Shown in pieces: positions 21,529 through 29,945 of a stretch of 44,382 bases of DNA. The notes below the pieces were generated by a model. It worked only from the letters and a program-made list of their open reading frames with translations, ran no database searches and had not been told where the DNA came from. The first letter of the stretch is position 1. The number at the start of each line of letters is the position of its first letter. A program made the translations under genes and the position numbers. This DNA comes from a virus: IMG/VR virus record IMGVR_UViG_3300031993_000157. One strand, written 5' to 3'.

Positions 21529-21711
21529 ATGAACGCCAAGACAACCACGGTAACGTTGGTTGCGAACGACGTTACCCGGGAATTTGAATATTCCCACGCG
21601 GAACGACTGTTGCGTATGCCGAACAACGGCGGTTGGCATTTGCCGGATAACTCAAAATTCGAATTTGTGGATTATGCCTTACGACGTAAGCAAAATAAAA
21701 AAGGAAATTGA
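21529..21711 (+). CDS. Hypothetical protein (60 aa)
   Basis: ORF track; 1 nt after the previous stop; overlaps the portal start by 38 nt. Confidence 0.45.
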   Translation: MNAKTTTVTLVANDVTREFEYSHAERLLRMPNNGGWHLPDNSKFEFVDYALRRKQNKKGN

Positions 21712-23419
21712 CGAGCGACGGAACGGGGCCGCATTGGACCGCGCGAAGATGCACCAAGGGCGCATCAAATTTCACACGGTTAAGCGCGTTACCACGTTCA
21801 ACAACCCGTGGATTTCTTTGCCATTGACGCAATGGTTGTCAATGGTTGAAAACATTTTGCCGCACGATAAGTTTGTATTATTCAAAGCATTGTTCCGTTA
21901 TCCCGTTAAAACAAACGAGATAACGGACGTTTGCTTTGACAAATTAAGCCGCATTTTCGACGGGCGCAACCCGGCGTTCAACTATCAATTTGTTAACACA
22001 GAACAACGCGACGATTGGGAAGAATACCGCCAAACCAAGTTGCACGAACCCGAAATATGGTCAACCAAGGGTTGGGAGTTTTTCAAATCCGAAATCAATT
22101 CGGTTTTGATTGTTGATGTTCCCCGCGAACAGAAAACGGACCGTCCCGAGCCGTATTTTTATTGGTTGCCGATTGACGATGTTATTGCGTACAAGGCGGA
22201 CCGGACAACCGGTGTTATGGATTTCATCGTTTTCCGCCGCCGGGACGAAATCGTTGTTTTGGACGATTCCACGTACCGCGTTTGGAAAGACGAAAAGAAA
22301 ACCGGACAAATTGACGGGGAACCGTTGTTGGAAGCCCCGCACGATTTGGGTTATTGCCCGGCCAGGTTTTTTTGGACGGAACCCATTTCGTTGGACGACC
22401 CGGACGTTAAGGCGTCCCCGTTGTCCGGCGTTTTGGAATCATTGGATTGGTTCGAATTTTTCCATATTTCGAAGCGTCAATTGGACCTTATGGGCGCATA
22501 TCCCATATTGTCCGGTTATGAACAAAGTTGCGATTTTTCCAACGCTGAAAACGGGGACACTTGCGACGGCGGATTTTTGAGGGATAAACAAGGCCATTAT
22601 AGGTTGGACCCGGCCGGTTTGTTGATGCGTTGCCCGAAATGCGGCAACAAACGCATTATCGGTGCCGGTTCATTTATCGAAATCCCCGTGCCGAACGCGG
22701 AAGAAAACCAACCGGATTTGCGGAACCCTGTACAGATGTTGACCGTGGACCGCGACGCCCTTGATTACAACGTGGACGAACAAAAGCGTTTGCGCGAAGA
22801 AATCATTACGGCGGTTGTTGGTCAAGACGAAATCATTACCAATCGGGACGCGTTCAACGAACAACAGGTGCGGGCAAACTTTGAAAGCGTTACAACGGTA
22901 TTGAACCGCGTAAAGAAAGGTTTTGAATCCGCGCAACAATGGGCCGATGAAACGGTTTGCCGGTTGAGGTACGGAAAATATTTCATTTCCGCGAAAATCA
23001 ATTACGGGACCGAATTTTACTTGTATTCGCCGGACGAATTACGCGCCCGGTATAAGGCCGCCAAGGAAGCGGGCGCGCCGGAATCCGAATTGGATATGAT
23101 GCAAAACCAAATCTTGGAAACAGAATACAGGAACGACCCGACGCAATTACGCCGAATGTTGGTATTGGCCGAATTGGAACCGTACCGGCATTTGACGCGC
23201 ACGGAAGCAATCGAAATGTTCGACAAAGGATTGATTGCCGAACAAGATTTGCGCATTAAATTAAACTTTTCTAATTTTGTACGTCGGTTTGAGCGCGAGA
23301 ACACCAATGTATTGGATTTCGGAAGCGCGATACCGTTTGCAAAAAAGATTGAAATTATAACGGCGGAATTGGCCCGGTATGAGAACGAGCAACGCCCGGA
23401 ACCGGCCGCCCAAGTTTAA
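21674..23419 (+). CDS. Putative portal protein (581 aa)
   Basis: Trimmed from ORF 21560..23419 to MPYDVSKIKK. Call rests on size and position between terminase and scaffold/capsid. Confidence 0.6.
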   Translation: MPYDVSKIKKEIDERRNGAALDRAKMHQGRIKFHTVKRVTTFNNPWISLPLTQWLSMVENILPHDKFVLFKALFRYPVKTNEITDVCFDKLSRIFDGRNPAFNYQFVNTEQRDDWEEYRQTKLHEPEIWSTKGWEFFKSEINSVLIVDVPREQKTDRPEPYFYWLPIDDVIAYKADRTTGVMDFIVFRRRDEIVVLDDSTYRVWKDEKKTGQIDGEPLLEAPHDLGYCPARFFWTEPISLDDPDVKASPLSGVLESLDWFEFFHISKRQLDLMGAYPILSGYEQSCDFSNAENGDTCDGGFLRDKQGHYRLDPAGLLMRCPKCGNKRIIGAGSFIEIPVPNAEENQPDLRNPVQMLTVDRDALDYNVDEQKRLREEIITAVVGQDEIITNRDAFNEQQVRANFESVTTVLNRVKKGFESAQQWADETVCRLRYGKYFISAKINYGTEFYLYSPDELRARYKAAKEAGAPESELDMMQNQILETEYRNDPTQLRRMLVLAELEPYRHLTRTEAIEMFDKGLIAEQDLRIKLNFSNFVRRFERENTNVLDFGSAIPFAKKIEIITAELARYENEQRPEPAAQV

Positions 23420-23437
23420 CAAAAAACCGAAAGACGT

Positions 23438-23944
23438 ATGATTACAAAAGACGGACGCGACACCGCGATTGAAAATTTGACGTCGGAAAATTACGTTGTC
23501 CCCAAGGGCGAAGAAATGGCGTACCATTGCGTTATTGAGGTCCCCCAATTCGACACGCGAACCGGCAAAAGGATTTCCAAACCGAGGGTCCAAAAATTCG
23601 GGAAAAAGGCGTATGAAACGACGGTGCGGGATTCCCTGTTAAAACAGGGGTTCAACATTACCGTTCTTTACGACCCGAACCCGTACATTGCACAACGGGC
23701 CAATATGGCCAAGGAATCCGCCGCCGCGAAGCAAAAGGCGGAACAAGAACGCATTGACGCGGCCGTTGCCGCCGCGCTCGCAGACCAACAAAAATTGATT
23801 GACGAAGCCGTTGCGGCCGCCCTTGCGGCACAACAGGAAAAAGCCAACGCCGAACCCGCACCGGCCGCCGAGCCGGAACCCGAACCCGCACAGGGACAGG
23901 AACAGGAAACCAAGAAGCCCGGCCGCCCCAAGGGTTCGAAATAA
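23438..23944 (+). CDS. Hypothetical head-module protein (168 aa) with Ala/Gln/Glu-rich repeat tail
   Basis: ORF track; IDAAVAAALADQQKLIDEAVAAALAAQQEK internal duplication; basic C-terminus KKPGRPKGSK. Confidence 0.7.
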   Translation: MITKDGRDTAIENLTSENYVVPKGEEMAYHCVIEVPQFDTRTGKRISKPRVQKFGKKAYETTVRDSLLKQGFNITVLYDPNPYIAQRANMAKESAAAKQKAEQERIDAAVAAALADQQKLIDEAVAAALAAQQEKANAEPAPAAEPEPEPAQGQEQETKKPGRPKGSK

Positions 23945-23997
23945 CACCAATTGCGATACGGTAGATTGATATACCAAAAATTCAAAGGGAAAGAATT

Positions 23998-24960
23998 ATG
24001 GCACTCACAAATGAACTTTTGAACGCCAACGCCGCAACCGCCGCGTTGACAGATGAACAGAAAAACGCTATTGTCGAAATGTCCAAGAACGATGAACAAT
24101 CGGTAATCGGACAAAAGACCGGCGAAATTTACGGCGGTTTGGATGCAGACATTTTGGCCGCGTCCGGTATCGCCAAGAATGGAGCCGAAAAAACGTATGA
24201 TTACGCCAAACGTGTTATTGGCGAAATCAAAGGCCAAGCGGGAAACGCCGCCGAACTGCAAACCAAATTGACCGATTCGGAAAATGAGGTTGCCCGGCTC
24301 AACGGGATTATCGCAAAGGGCGGCGGCGACGCGGAAACCAAACGCCAATTGGACCAAGCCAAGGCCGATTTGGAAAACGTGCGTGGCGAATTTGCCGCGC
24401 TGAAAACCCAATTTGACCAAGCCAAGGACGACCACGAAAAACAAATGTTGGACGTTCGAATGGACGGCGAATTTGCCAAGGCGGGGGCCGGAATCAAATT
24501 CAAGGCCGATTTGCCCGCATCTGTCACATCTGTTTTGATGAACCAAGCAATTGCAAAGGTAAAGGCGATGTCGCCCGAGTTCATCGACGACGGGACCGGA
24601 ACCGGCGCAAAGGTTTTGGCGTTCAAGGATTCGACCGGCGCGATTATGCGTAACCCCGAAACGAACTTGAATCCGTACACGGCCGCCGATTTGGTCAAAA
24701 AGGAATTGCAAACGATGGGTGTTTTGGATTCCGGACGCAAGCAAAACGGCGCGGGTTCGCAGGGCGGCGAGGATTCCCGGGGCGACAACAAAGGTTTGGT
24801 TGATATTTCCGGCGCGAGGACGCAACACGAAGCGTCCGAAATCATCGCCACGGGTCTTATGGCCCAAGGTAAAACCGTCGGTTCGAAAGAATACGACACC
24901 GCGTTTGCGGAAGCGTGGAAAAACAACTACGACGCGATTAAGGCGTTGCCGGTTCGTTAA
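23998..24960 (+). CDS. Putative scaffolding protein (320 aa)
   Basis: Coiled-coil-rich and acidic; immediately upstream of the major capsid gene. Confidence 0.6.
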   Translation: MALTNELLNANAATAALTDEQKNAIVEMSKNDEQSVIGQKTGEIYGGLDADILAASGIAKNGAEKTYDYAKRVIGEIKGQAGNAAELQTKLTDSENEVARLNGIIAKGGGDAETKRQLDQAKADLENVRGEFAALKTQFDQAKDDHEKQMLDVRMDGEFAKAGAGIKFKADLPASVTSVLMNQAIAKVKAMSPEFIDDGTGTGAKVLAFKDSTGAIMRNPETNLNPYTAADLVKKELQTMGVLDSGRKQNGAGSQGGEDSRGDNKGLVDISGARTQHEASEIIATGLMAQGKTVGSKEYDTAFAEAWKNNYDAIKALPVR

Positions 24961-24965
24961 AATAA

Positions 24966-25012
24966 GCCCGCAAGGCGAGCCGAAAGGAAGCATACTTTGC
25001 GGGCGTTTTTTT
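24966..25012 (+). terminator. Terminator GCCCGCAA-(23 nt)-TTGCGGGC + G TTTTTTT
   Basis: 8-bp stem and a 7-T run, read from sequence. Confidence 0.7.
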
Positions 25013-25022
25013 AGAAATTACA

Positions 25023-25075
25023 CCGGGTAAAGGGTCAATCCGGGAAAATGTTTAACAATTAAAAACACAAACATT
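25023..25075 (+). promoter_or_regulatory. Capsid-gene 5'-UTR hairpin CCGG-gtAAAGGGTCAAt-CCGG (25023-25043) and A-rich spacer
   Basis: Homologous to 20808-20864 in loop motif, spacer length of 32-33 nt, and start block. Confidence 0.5.
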
Positions 25076-26188
25076 ATGTCACTTATTGCTACTCGTTTGC
25101 AAAATTGGCGCGTTGAAAACCCGGAATTTGACCGTAATATGGCGCGACCTTTGGAGTATGGCGCGTTGGATTTCTTCATTGCACAAACCGACGCCCCCAA
25201 TTCCATTATCAACAAGAATTTGCGCGACCGTGCGTTTGCGTCAATCGGTAACACCGTGCAAGTTCCCGTTATCAATTACGATGGCGACGTGACCGTGACA
25301 AACGTCCGTTCTTGCGCGATTGCAGACGACGAAAACACGTCCGCGTTGTACACCGTGAATTGGGTAACGCTCGCCGTCGGCTTCACGATGGTTCCGTCGT
25401 TGTATATGAACAACGAAATTTCCTACGAACACGATTTTGCCCGCAAGATGGAAAAGGTTTGCCGCGCCCTTGCAACCGCAATGGACCAACAGGGAATCGC
25501 CGCCCTTGAAGCGAACAAAACGCAGGTGTTCAAGGACACGTTGGTTTACAACGTTGTTTCCAACGCCGTACAGGTTCCGTACATTGCCCGTATGGAATGG
25601 TTGGCCGATATGAACGCGTTGATGAGGGCAAACGCGTACCCGGGTATGTTGCACGTTATCGGCAACACGGGTATTGATTCCCTTATTAACAAGATGGCCG
25701 AACACGGAATTTATAACGACGTCAACAAGCGGTTGGAGTACGAAAACAAGGTGTTCCACTATACCGCCAATATCGTCAACGAAACCGGCGTGTACGCCAC
25801 GGCCTACGTGGTTGAGGACGGCAACGTTGGTGTGTTGACGCGCGTTGACCGCGAAGCATTGCGCCGCGCCGTTGCGAATTTCAACGAATGGGACGTTGTG
25901 CGTTTGCCGTACATTGATTTGCCAGTCGGTTCGCATTACTACACGTCCGTTGGCGACCAATCCGGAATTGCCGGTGCCGCGTCCGCCGATATGACGTGCG
26001 CCGTGAAAGAGTATTTCGCGTTCTCCGTTGACGTCGCGTTTTTGGTCGCGTACAATTCCGCCCCCGCAACCGTCGCCAACCCGATTATCAAAGTCGAAAT
26101 TGCAACCGCCGCCGGTTCCCCGTTCGCTCAACCTGTTGAGGTCGTGAACGGCGAGGATAACCCGGTTAACACAAAAGCCGTGGTTTAG
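25076..26188 (+). CDS. Major capsid protein (370 aa)
   Basis: Position after the scaffold gene; bracketed by the two strongest terminators; size typical of HK97-fold capsid proteins; no motif check possible. Confidence 0.75.
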   Translation: MSLIATRLQNWRVENPEFDRNMARPLEYGALDFFIAQTDAPNSIINKNLRDRAFASIGNTVQVPVINYDGDVTVTNVRSCAIADDENTSALYTVNWVTLAVGFTMVPSLYMNNEISYEHDFARKMEKVCRALATAMDQQGIAALEANKTQVFKDTLVYNVVSNAVQVPYIARMEWLADMNALMRANAYPGMLHVIGNTGIDSLINKMAEHGIYNDVNKRLEYENKVFHYTANIVNETGVYATAYVVEDGNVGVLTRVDREALRRAVANFNEWDVVRLPYIDLPVGSHYYTSVGDQSGIAGAASADMTCAVKEYFAFSVDVAFLVAYNSAPATVANPIIKVEIATAAGSPFAQPVEVVNGEDNPVNTKAVV

Positions 26189-26216
26189 GCACATCCGAAA
26201 CAAAACCTAACTTTCG

Positions 26217-26254
26217 CGGGGACGGGTCAACAACCCCGTCCCCGTTTTTCTTTT
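26217..26254 (+). terminator. Strong terminator CGGGGACGGG-tcaacaac-CCCGTCCCCG + TTTTTCTTTT
   Basis: 10-bp GC stem and a T tract. Confidence 0.85.
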
Positions 26255-26302
26255 AAAGACAAAGGTTTTTTCTTTTTTCTGCCACCTTACAAAAGAAAAG
26301 AA

Positions 26303-27619
26303 ATGGTACGATTGCAAGAAATACAAACCGCCCTTGCGCACGTTGTAGGTTGGGAACAATCATACAACCCCGCAACGGCCATTGATGAATCGTTAACCCA
26401 AAGCGAAAGCGGGTTGACGTTTCAAGGTGCGCACCCGCTTTGCACCCTTGAAAACGTCCGGTCCATTATGCCGGACGATTGGGATTATAAATACCCGAAT
26501 TGGAACAACGCGACGGCATACCCGATTGGCGCAAAGGTAAAACACCAAGGTACGGTTTGGATTGCAAAGGCCGCCAACACCGGTTCCGAACCGGCCGAGA
26601 ATAACGCGGATTGGGCCGTGTACAATATGTTGTCGGATTATCTGCAACATTTGACCAATAACGGAATCAACACGGCAATCCAACAATTCATACAGTTAAA
26701 GCAACTGCAACAGGAAACCAAGAATCTTTTGGAACGGCGCACGTTCTTTGACGGCGCGGCCCGGTTGCAGAACATTTTGACGCCCACTGGAAAGATTGTC
26801 GGTTTCGAAATCGTCCCGGTGCGTTCGATGGGCGTAACGACTAAAATTGAACGAATCGGTTTGCAGATGATAGGCGGGACCGGAAAGGTAACGTTGTATC
26901 TGTTCCATTCTTCACAGGTCGCCCCGATGCGGACAATTGAATTGAATTTTACGAATGAAAGCGGCGGTTTCCAATGGTTCACACCGGAAACGCCGATATA
27001 TTTACCGTACATTCCCGGGATGGACGGCGACGGAAACGACGCGGGCGGCGCGTGGTTCCTTTGCTACAACCAAAACGAATTGCCAAACAATATGCGGGCA
27101 TTGAACGTTACCCGGGATTGGTCAAAAGCCCCGTGCCAAACGTGTATGGGTTACGCGTTGGATTCGTGGAAAGAAATGACCAAATATTTGCAGGTTTCCC
27201 CGTTCTGTGTTAACGCCCCGGCGGATTTCGCCGAATACCCGGAAATGTTCGATATTGACGCATTGTCGTTTACCAACACAATCAATTACGGGTTGAATTG
27301 CGAAATTACCGTTGGATGCGATATTACGGATTTCATTATTTCGCAACGCCAAATCTTTGCGACGGTTATACAAAAACAGGTCGCGGCAAACGTGTTGCGA
27401 ACAATTGCGATGAACCCGGACGTTCGCGTTAACCGCAACCAAGTAAACGTAACGCGGGACGAACTGTTGTATGAGTTGGACGGCACCCCGTCCGGCCGCC
27501 CGTCGGGGTTGGGTTACGAACTGAAACAGGCGTACAAGGCGTTGTCGCTTGACACGCGGGGTTTGGACCGGATATGTTTGCAATGCAACAACCACGGTGT
27601 TAAATACCGCACCGTCTAA
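26303..27619 (+). CDS. Structural protein with CBM5/12-like carbohydrate-binding motif (438 aa)
   Basis: WNNATAYPIGAKVKHQGTVWIAKAANTGSEPAENNADWAV fits the W..Y..G..V...G..W.A.....G..P....W pattern. Confidence 0.6.
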   Translation: MVRLQEIQTALAHVVGWEQSYNPATAIDESLTQSESGLTFQGAHPLCTLENVRSIMPDDWDYKYPNWNNATAYPIGAKVKHQGTVWIAKAANTGSEPAENNADWAVYNMLSDYLQHLTNNGINTAIQQFIQLKQLQQETKNLLERRTFFDGAARLQNILTPTGKIVGFEIVPVRSMGVTTKIERIGLQMIGGTGKVTLYLFHSSQVAPMRTIELNFTNESGGFQWFTPETPIYLPYIPGMDGDGNDAGGAWFLCYNQNELPNNMRALNVTRDWSKAPCQTCMGYALDSWKEMTKYLQVSPFCVNAPADFAEYPEMFDIDALSFTNTINYGLNCEITVGCDITDFIISQRQIFATVIQKQVAANVLRTIAMNPDVRVNRNQVNVTRDELLYELDGTPSGRPSGLGYELKQAYKALSLDTRGLDRICLQCNNHGVKYRTV

Positions 27620-27717
27620 TTTTCAAAGAAAACGGCCTATTTCGGGCGCGAAGCGGAAAAACGATAAATTCCACGTCTTTGCGCCGAACGCCCGAGAAAA
27701 GCCACAAAGCGGCCGAA

Positions 27718-28230
27718 ATGGGAATTTTGAACGACCTATTGAATCGCGTTAAAACCGTCAACGAGGGATTGCAGACCGGCGCATTGGTCCGCAATGCGGT
27801 TGTTACGCACCCGGCCGATATAATGGAATTACAACGCCAACAATTGTTTGCGGGCAAGCGTTCGGACGGCGAGGATATACGCCCGTATTATTCCGAGGAT
27901 TTGAAACCGACCGGGTTTTTCTATTCTGTTGAAACGGCGGGCCGGTATTCCGCGATGAAAGACAATACAATACGTTACCCGTACACGGCAAACAAGAATC
28001 CGGACGCGCCAAACCTGTATTTTAACGGCCGGTTCCACGAAGAATTAGGCGTACAATTCAACGCCGATACCGTTGAGGTCGTCGCCACGACGGAATACGC
28101 CAAAAAGATTATGGATAAATACGGAATCGAAACGTTCGGTTTGATGATGGCCAATTGGATGGTTATATTTGTCGAACGGGGCGCATACGACGAATTGATG
28201 GACCAAATAAAACAACAATTATATGCCTAA
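27718..28230 (+). CDS. Hypothetical virion-module protein (170 aa)
   Basis: Internal ATG (MGILNDLL) of ORF 27679..28230. Confidence 0.65.
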   Translation: MGILNDLLNRVKTVNEGLQTGALVRNAVVTHPADIMELQRQQLFAGKRSDGEDIRPYYSEDLKPTGFFYSVETAGRYSAMKDNTIRYPYTANKNPDAPNLYFNGRFHEELGVQFNADTVEVVATTEYAKKIMDKYGIETFGLMMANWMVIFVERGAYDELMDQIKQQLYA

Positions 28231-28837
28231 TGATAACAACGTGCCGGTAAACAATGCGCCGGTTATCCCCAACGCGGTAATGTTGGACCACGTTTTGGCG
28301 TCAATCCAAAGCGGGTTGGTGCAAAATATATCGTGGTTGGACGTGGCGTTTGGCCGCGCCCAACGTCTTACAAAGAACATAAACGGGAAACGGGTAATTA
28401 CGCCGAACGTGTATTGCGGTAATTGGAACGGACACGGCCCGAACGATTACATTGAGGTTTCCCCGGATTCCAAGATTGGCAATTTTTCGTTCTTTTGGAT
28501 TGACGACCCGCAAACGATTGACCCGGGGCCGTGGGCGCGGACAATCAAAACGCCGTTTTCGCTTATCGTATGGTTCGATTTGCGCCAAGTGTACAACGCG
28601 GCCGCAAACAGGAACACGGAAAAGTTGAAAGCGGACGTTTTGCGCGTATTGGAGGGCCGGGCCGGTTGGCATTTGCCCGACGGCCATATATTGACGACGC
28701 GCATATATGAGCAAAACGAAAACATTTACCGTGGTTTCACGCTTTCGGAAATTGATAACCAATATTTAATGCACCCGTTCGGGGGATTCCGCATTGATGG
28801 AATTTTAGAATACGACGAATTATGTGTGCAGGAATGA
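28223..28837 (+). CDS. Hypothetical virion-module protein (204 aa)
   Basis: ORF track; 8-nt overlap with the previous gene. Confidence 0.7.
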   Translation: MPNDNNVPVNNAPVIPNAVMLDHVLASIQSGLVQNISWLDVAFGRAQRLTKNINGKRVITPNVYCGNWNGHGPNDYIEVSPDSKIGNFSFFWIDDPQTIDPGPWARTIKTPFSLIVWFDLRQVYNAAANRNTEKLKADVLRVLEGRAGWHLPDGHILTTRIYEQNENIYRGFTLSEIDNQYLMHPFGGFRIDGILEYDELCVQE

Positions 28838-29094
28838 TTGATTTTGTTTGTTGGGTCGTGGTCGTCGCGTTGGCGGCCGCGTTCCTGTTGGCGTTGGCGC
28901 AAAAATGGGGATGGATTGAATGGTTACAGGTCCACGCGCCGACGGAATGGTTAAACGAATTGTTTTCGTGTAAATTCTGTTGTTCTTGGTGGGTTTGTGT
29001 GTTGATTTCATTAACTTTGTTGGTGGTAACGGGACAATGGCAATTTGCGTTCGTCCCGGTATGTTCAACAATGATTGCGCGTTTGTTATGGTAA
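28834..29094 (+). CDS. Membrane protein (86 aa, 2-3 TM) with CKFCCSWW motif, DUF1360-like
   Basis: Internal ATG (ATGA overlap) of ORF 28822..29094; hydrophobic VCWVVVVALAAAFLLALA and VCVLISLTLLVV. Confidence 0.55.
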   Translation: MIDFVCWVVVVALAAAFLLALAQKWGWIEWLQVHAPTEWLNELFSCKFCCSWWVCVLISLTLLVVTGQWQFAFVPVCSTMIARLLW

Positions 29095-29861
29095 CGGTAA
29101 AGATTGGAAAACACACGGTCGAAATGTACGATGGGATTGAGGAATTACCCATTGTACGTTTCCATAAATACCAAAAGTTGTTGTTGGTGGATTCCGGCAT
29201 TGGTTCCGATATGGCGGCGTTTGACCAAAGGATTGAGAAAACGCGCCGGTTCTTGATGGCCGGGGACAACAAGAACGCGCAACAGGAATTGGAAAACTTG
29301 CGCCAATGCGTGTTTATGATTCAAAACGAATTTAGCCCGAAATTACGCGCGTTTGCGGTGTTGGTCGCCAAGATTGACGGCCGGGAATGCACGGATATTT
29401 CGGATTGTTCGTTGGATGCAATCGTTACGGAATTAAGCGAATCGCCGTTAAAAGAGTTGACCGCCCGGTTGGATGCGGTCAAAAAAAAAATAGACGATGA
29501 ACTACAATTATATTTCCCGGCCATATTCAACAATTCGGAAATCAAAGAATATTATGATTTGTTGAGAAAGCGGACGTTGGCGTTATTGAATAAGATAATT
29601 GAGGGTTCGCCGGACCCGGGAAGCGAAAAAGACGTTGACAAGATAACAACGCAATTGGTCACGTATTCGCACCCAAAGACGTTTACCGGTTCGGATGGTG
29701 TGGAAATCCAACACGACCGGCAATTTGAAAACCTTTGTTTGGCATTGTCCGAACAATTGCACGTAAAACCCAAGGAATATTCGGTATTGGAGTTTTACAA
29801 CGCATTTGATTTTTTACAGGAACGCGCCAAGGCGGCCGAAAAGACCCGGAAACGTGCCTAA
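29088..29861 (+). CDS. Putative tail assembly chaperone (257 aa)
   Basis: Internal ATG (MVTVKIGKH) of ORF 28980..29861; lies immediately upstream of the tape measure gene; call is by position only. Confidence 0.45.
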   Translation: MVTVKIGKHTVEMYDGIEELPIVRFHKYQKLLLVDSGIGSDMAAFDQRIEKTRRFLMAGDNKNAQQELENLRQCVFMIQNEFSPKLRAFAVLVAKIDGRECTDISDCSLDAIVTELSESPLKELTARLDAVKKKIDDELQLYFPAIFNNSEIKEYYDLLRKRTLALLNKIIEGSPDPGSEKDVDKITTQLVTYSHPKTFTGSDGVEIQHDRQFENLCLALSEQLHVKPKEYSVLEFYNAFDFLQERAKAAEKTRKRA

Positions 29862-29907
29862 TTTGGACGCAATGCGACGAAACATATAATTACCGATTGA
29901 GCAAAAC

Positions 29908-29929
29908 AACGCCGCGATTCGGCGTTTTT
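29908..29929 (+). terminator. Hairpin AACGCCG-cgatt-CGGCGTT + TTT (attenuator/terminator before the tape measure gene)
   Basis: 7-bp stem running into a 5-T run. Confidence 0.55.
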
Positions 29930-29945
29930 AACAAAAGCAACTGTT

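Noticed and set aside
23668-24993. 441-aa minus-strand ORF, the longest on that strand
   Set aside because: It is exactly antisense to the scaffold-like gene 23998..24960 and the tail of 23438..23944. Its translation is Arg/Gly/Pro-rich low-complexity sequence typical of antisense frames, and it has no promoter or terminator context.
25241-26203. 320-aa minus-strand ORF
   Set aside because: It is antisense to the major capsid gene, which has far better context (leader, terminators, neighbouring scaffold gene). Its composition is biased towards V/G/R/N.
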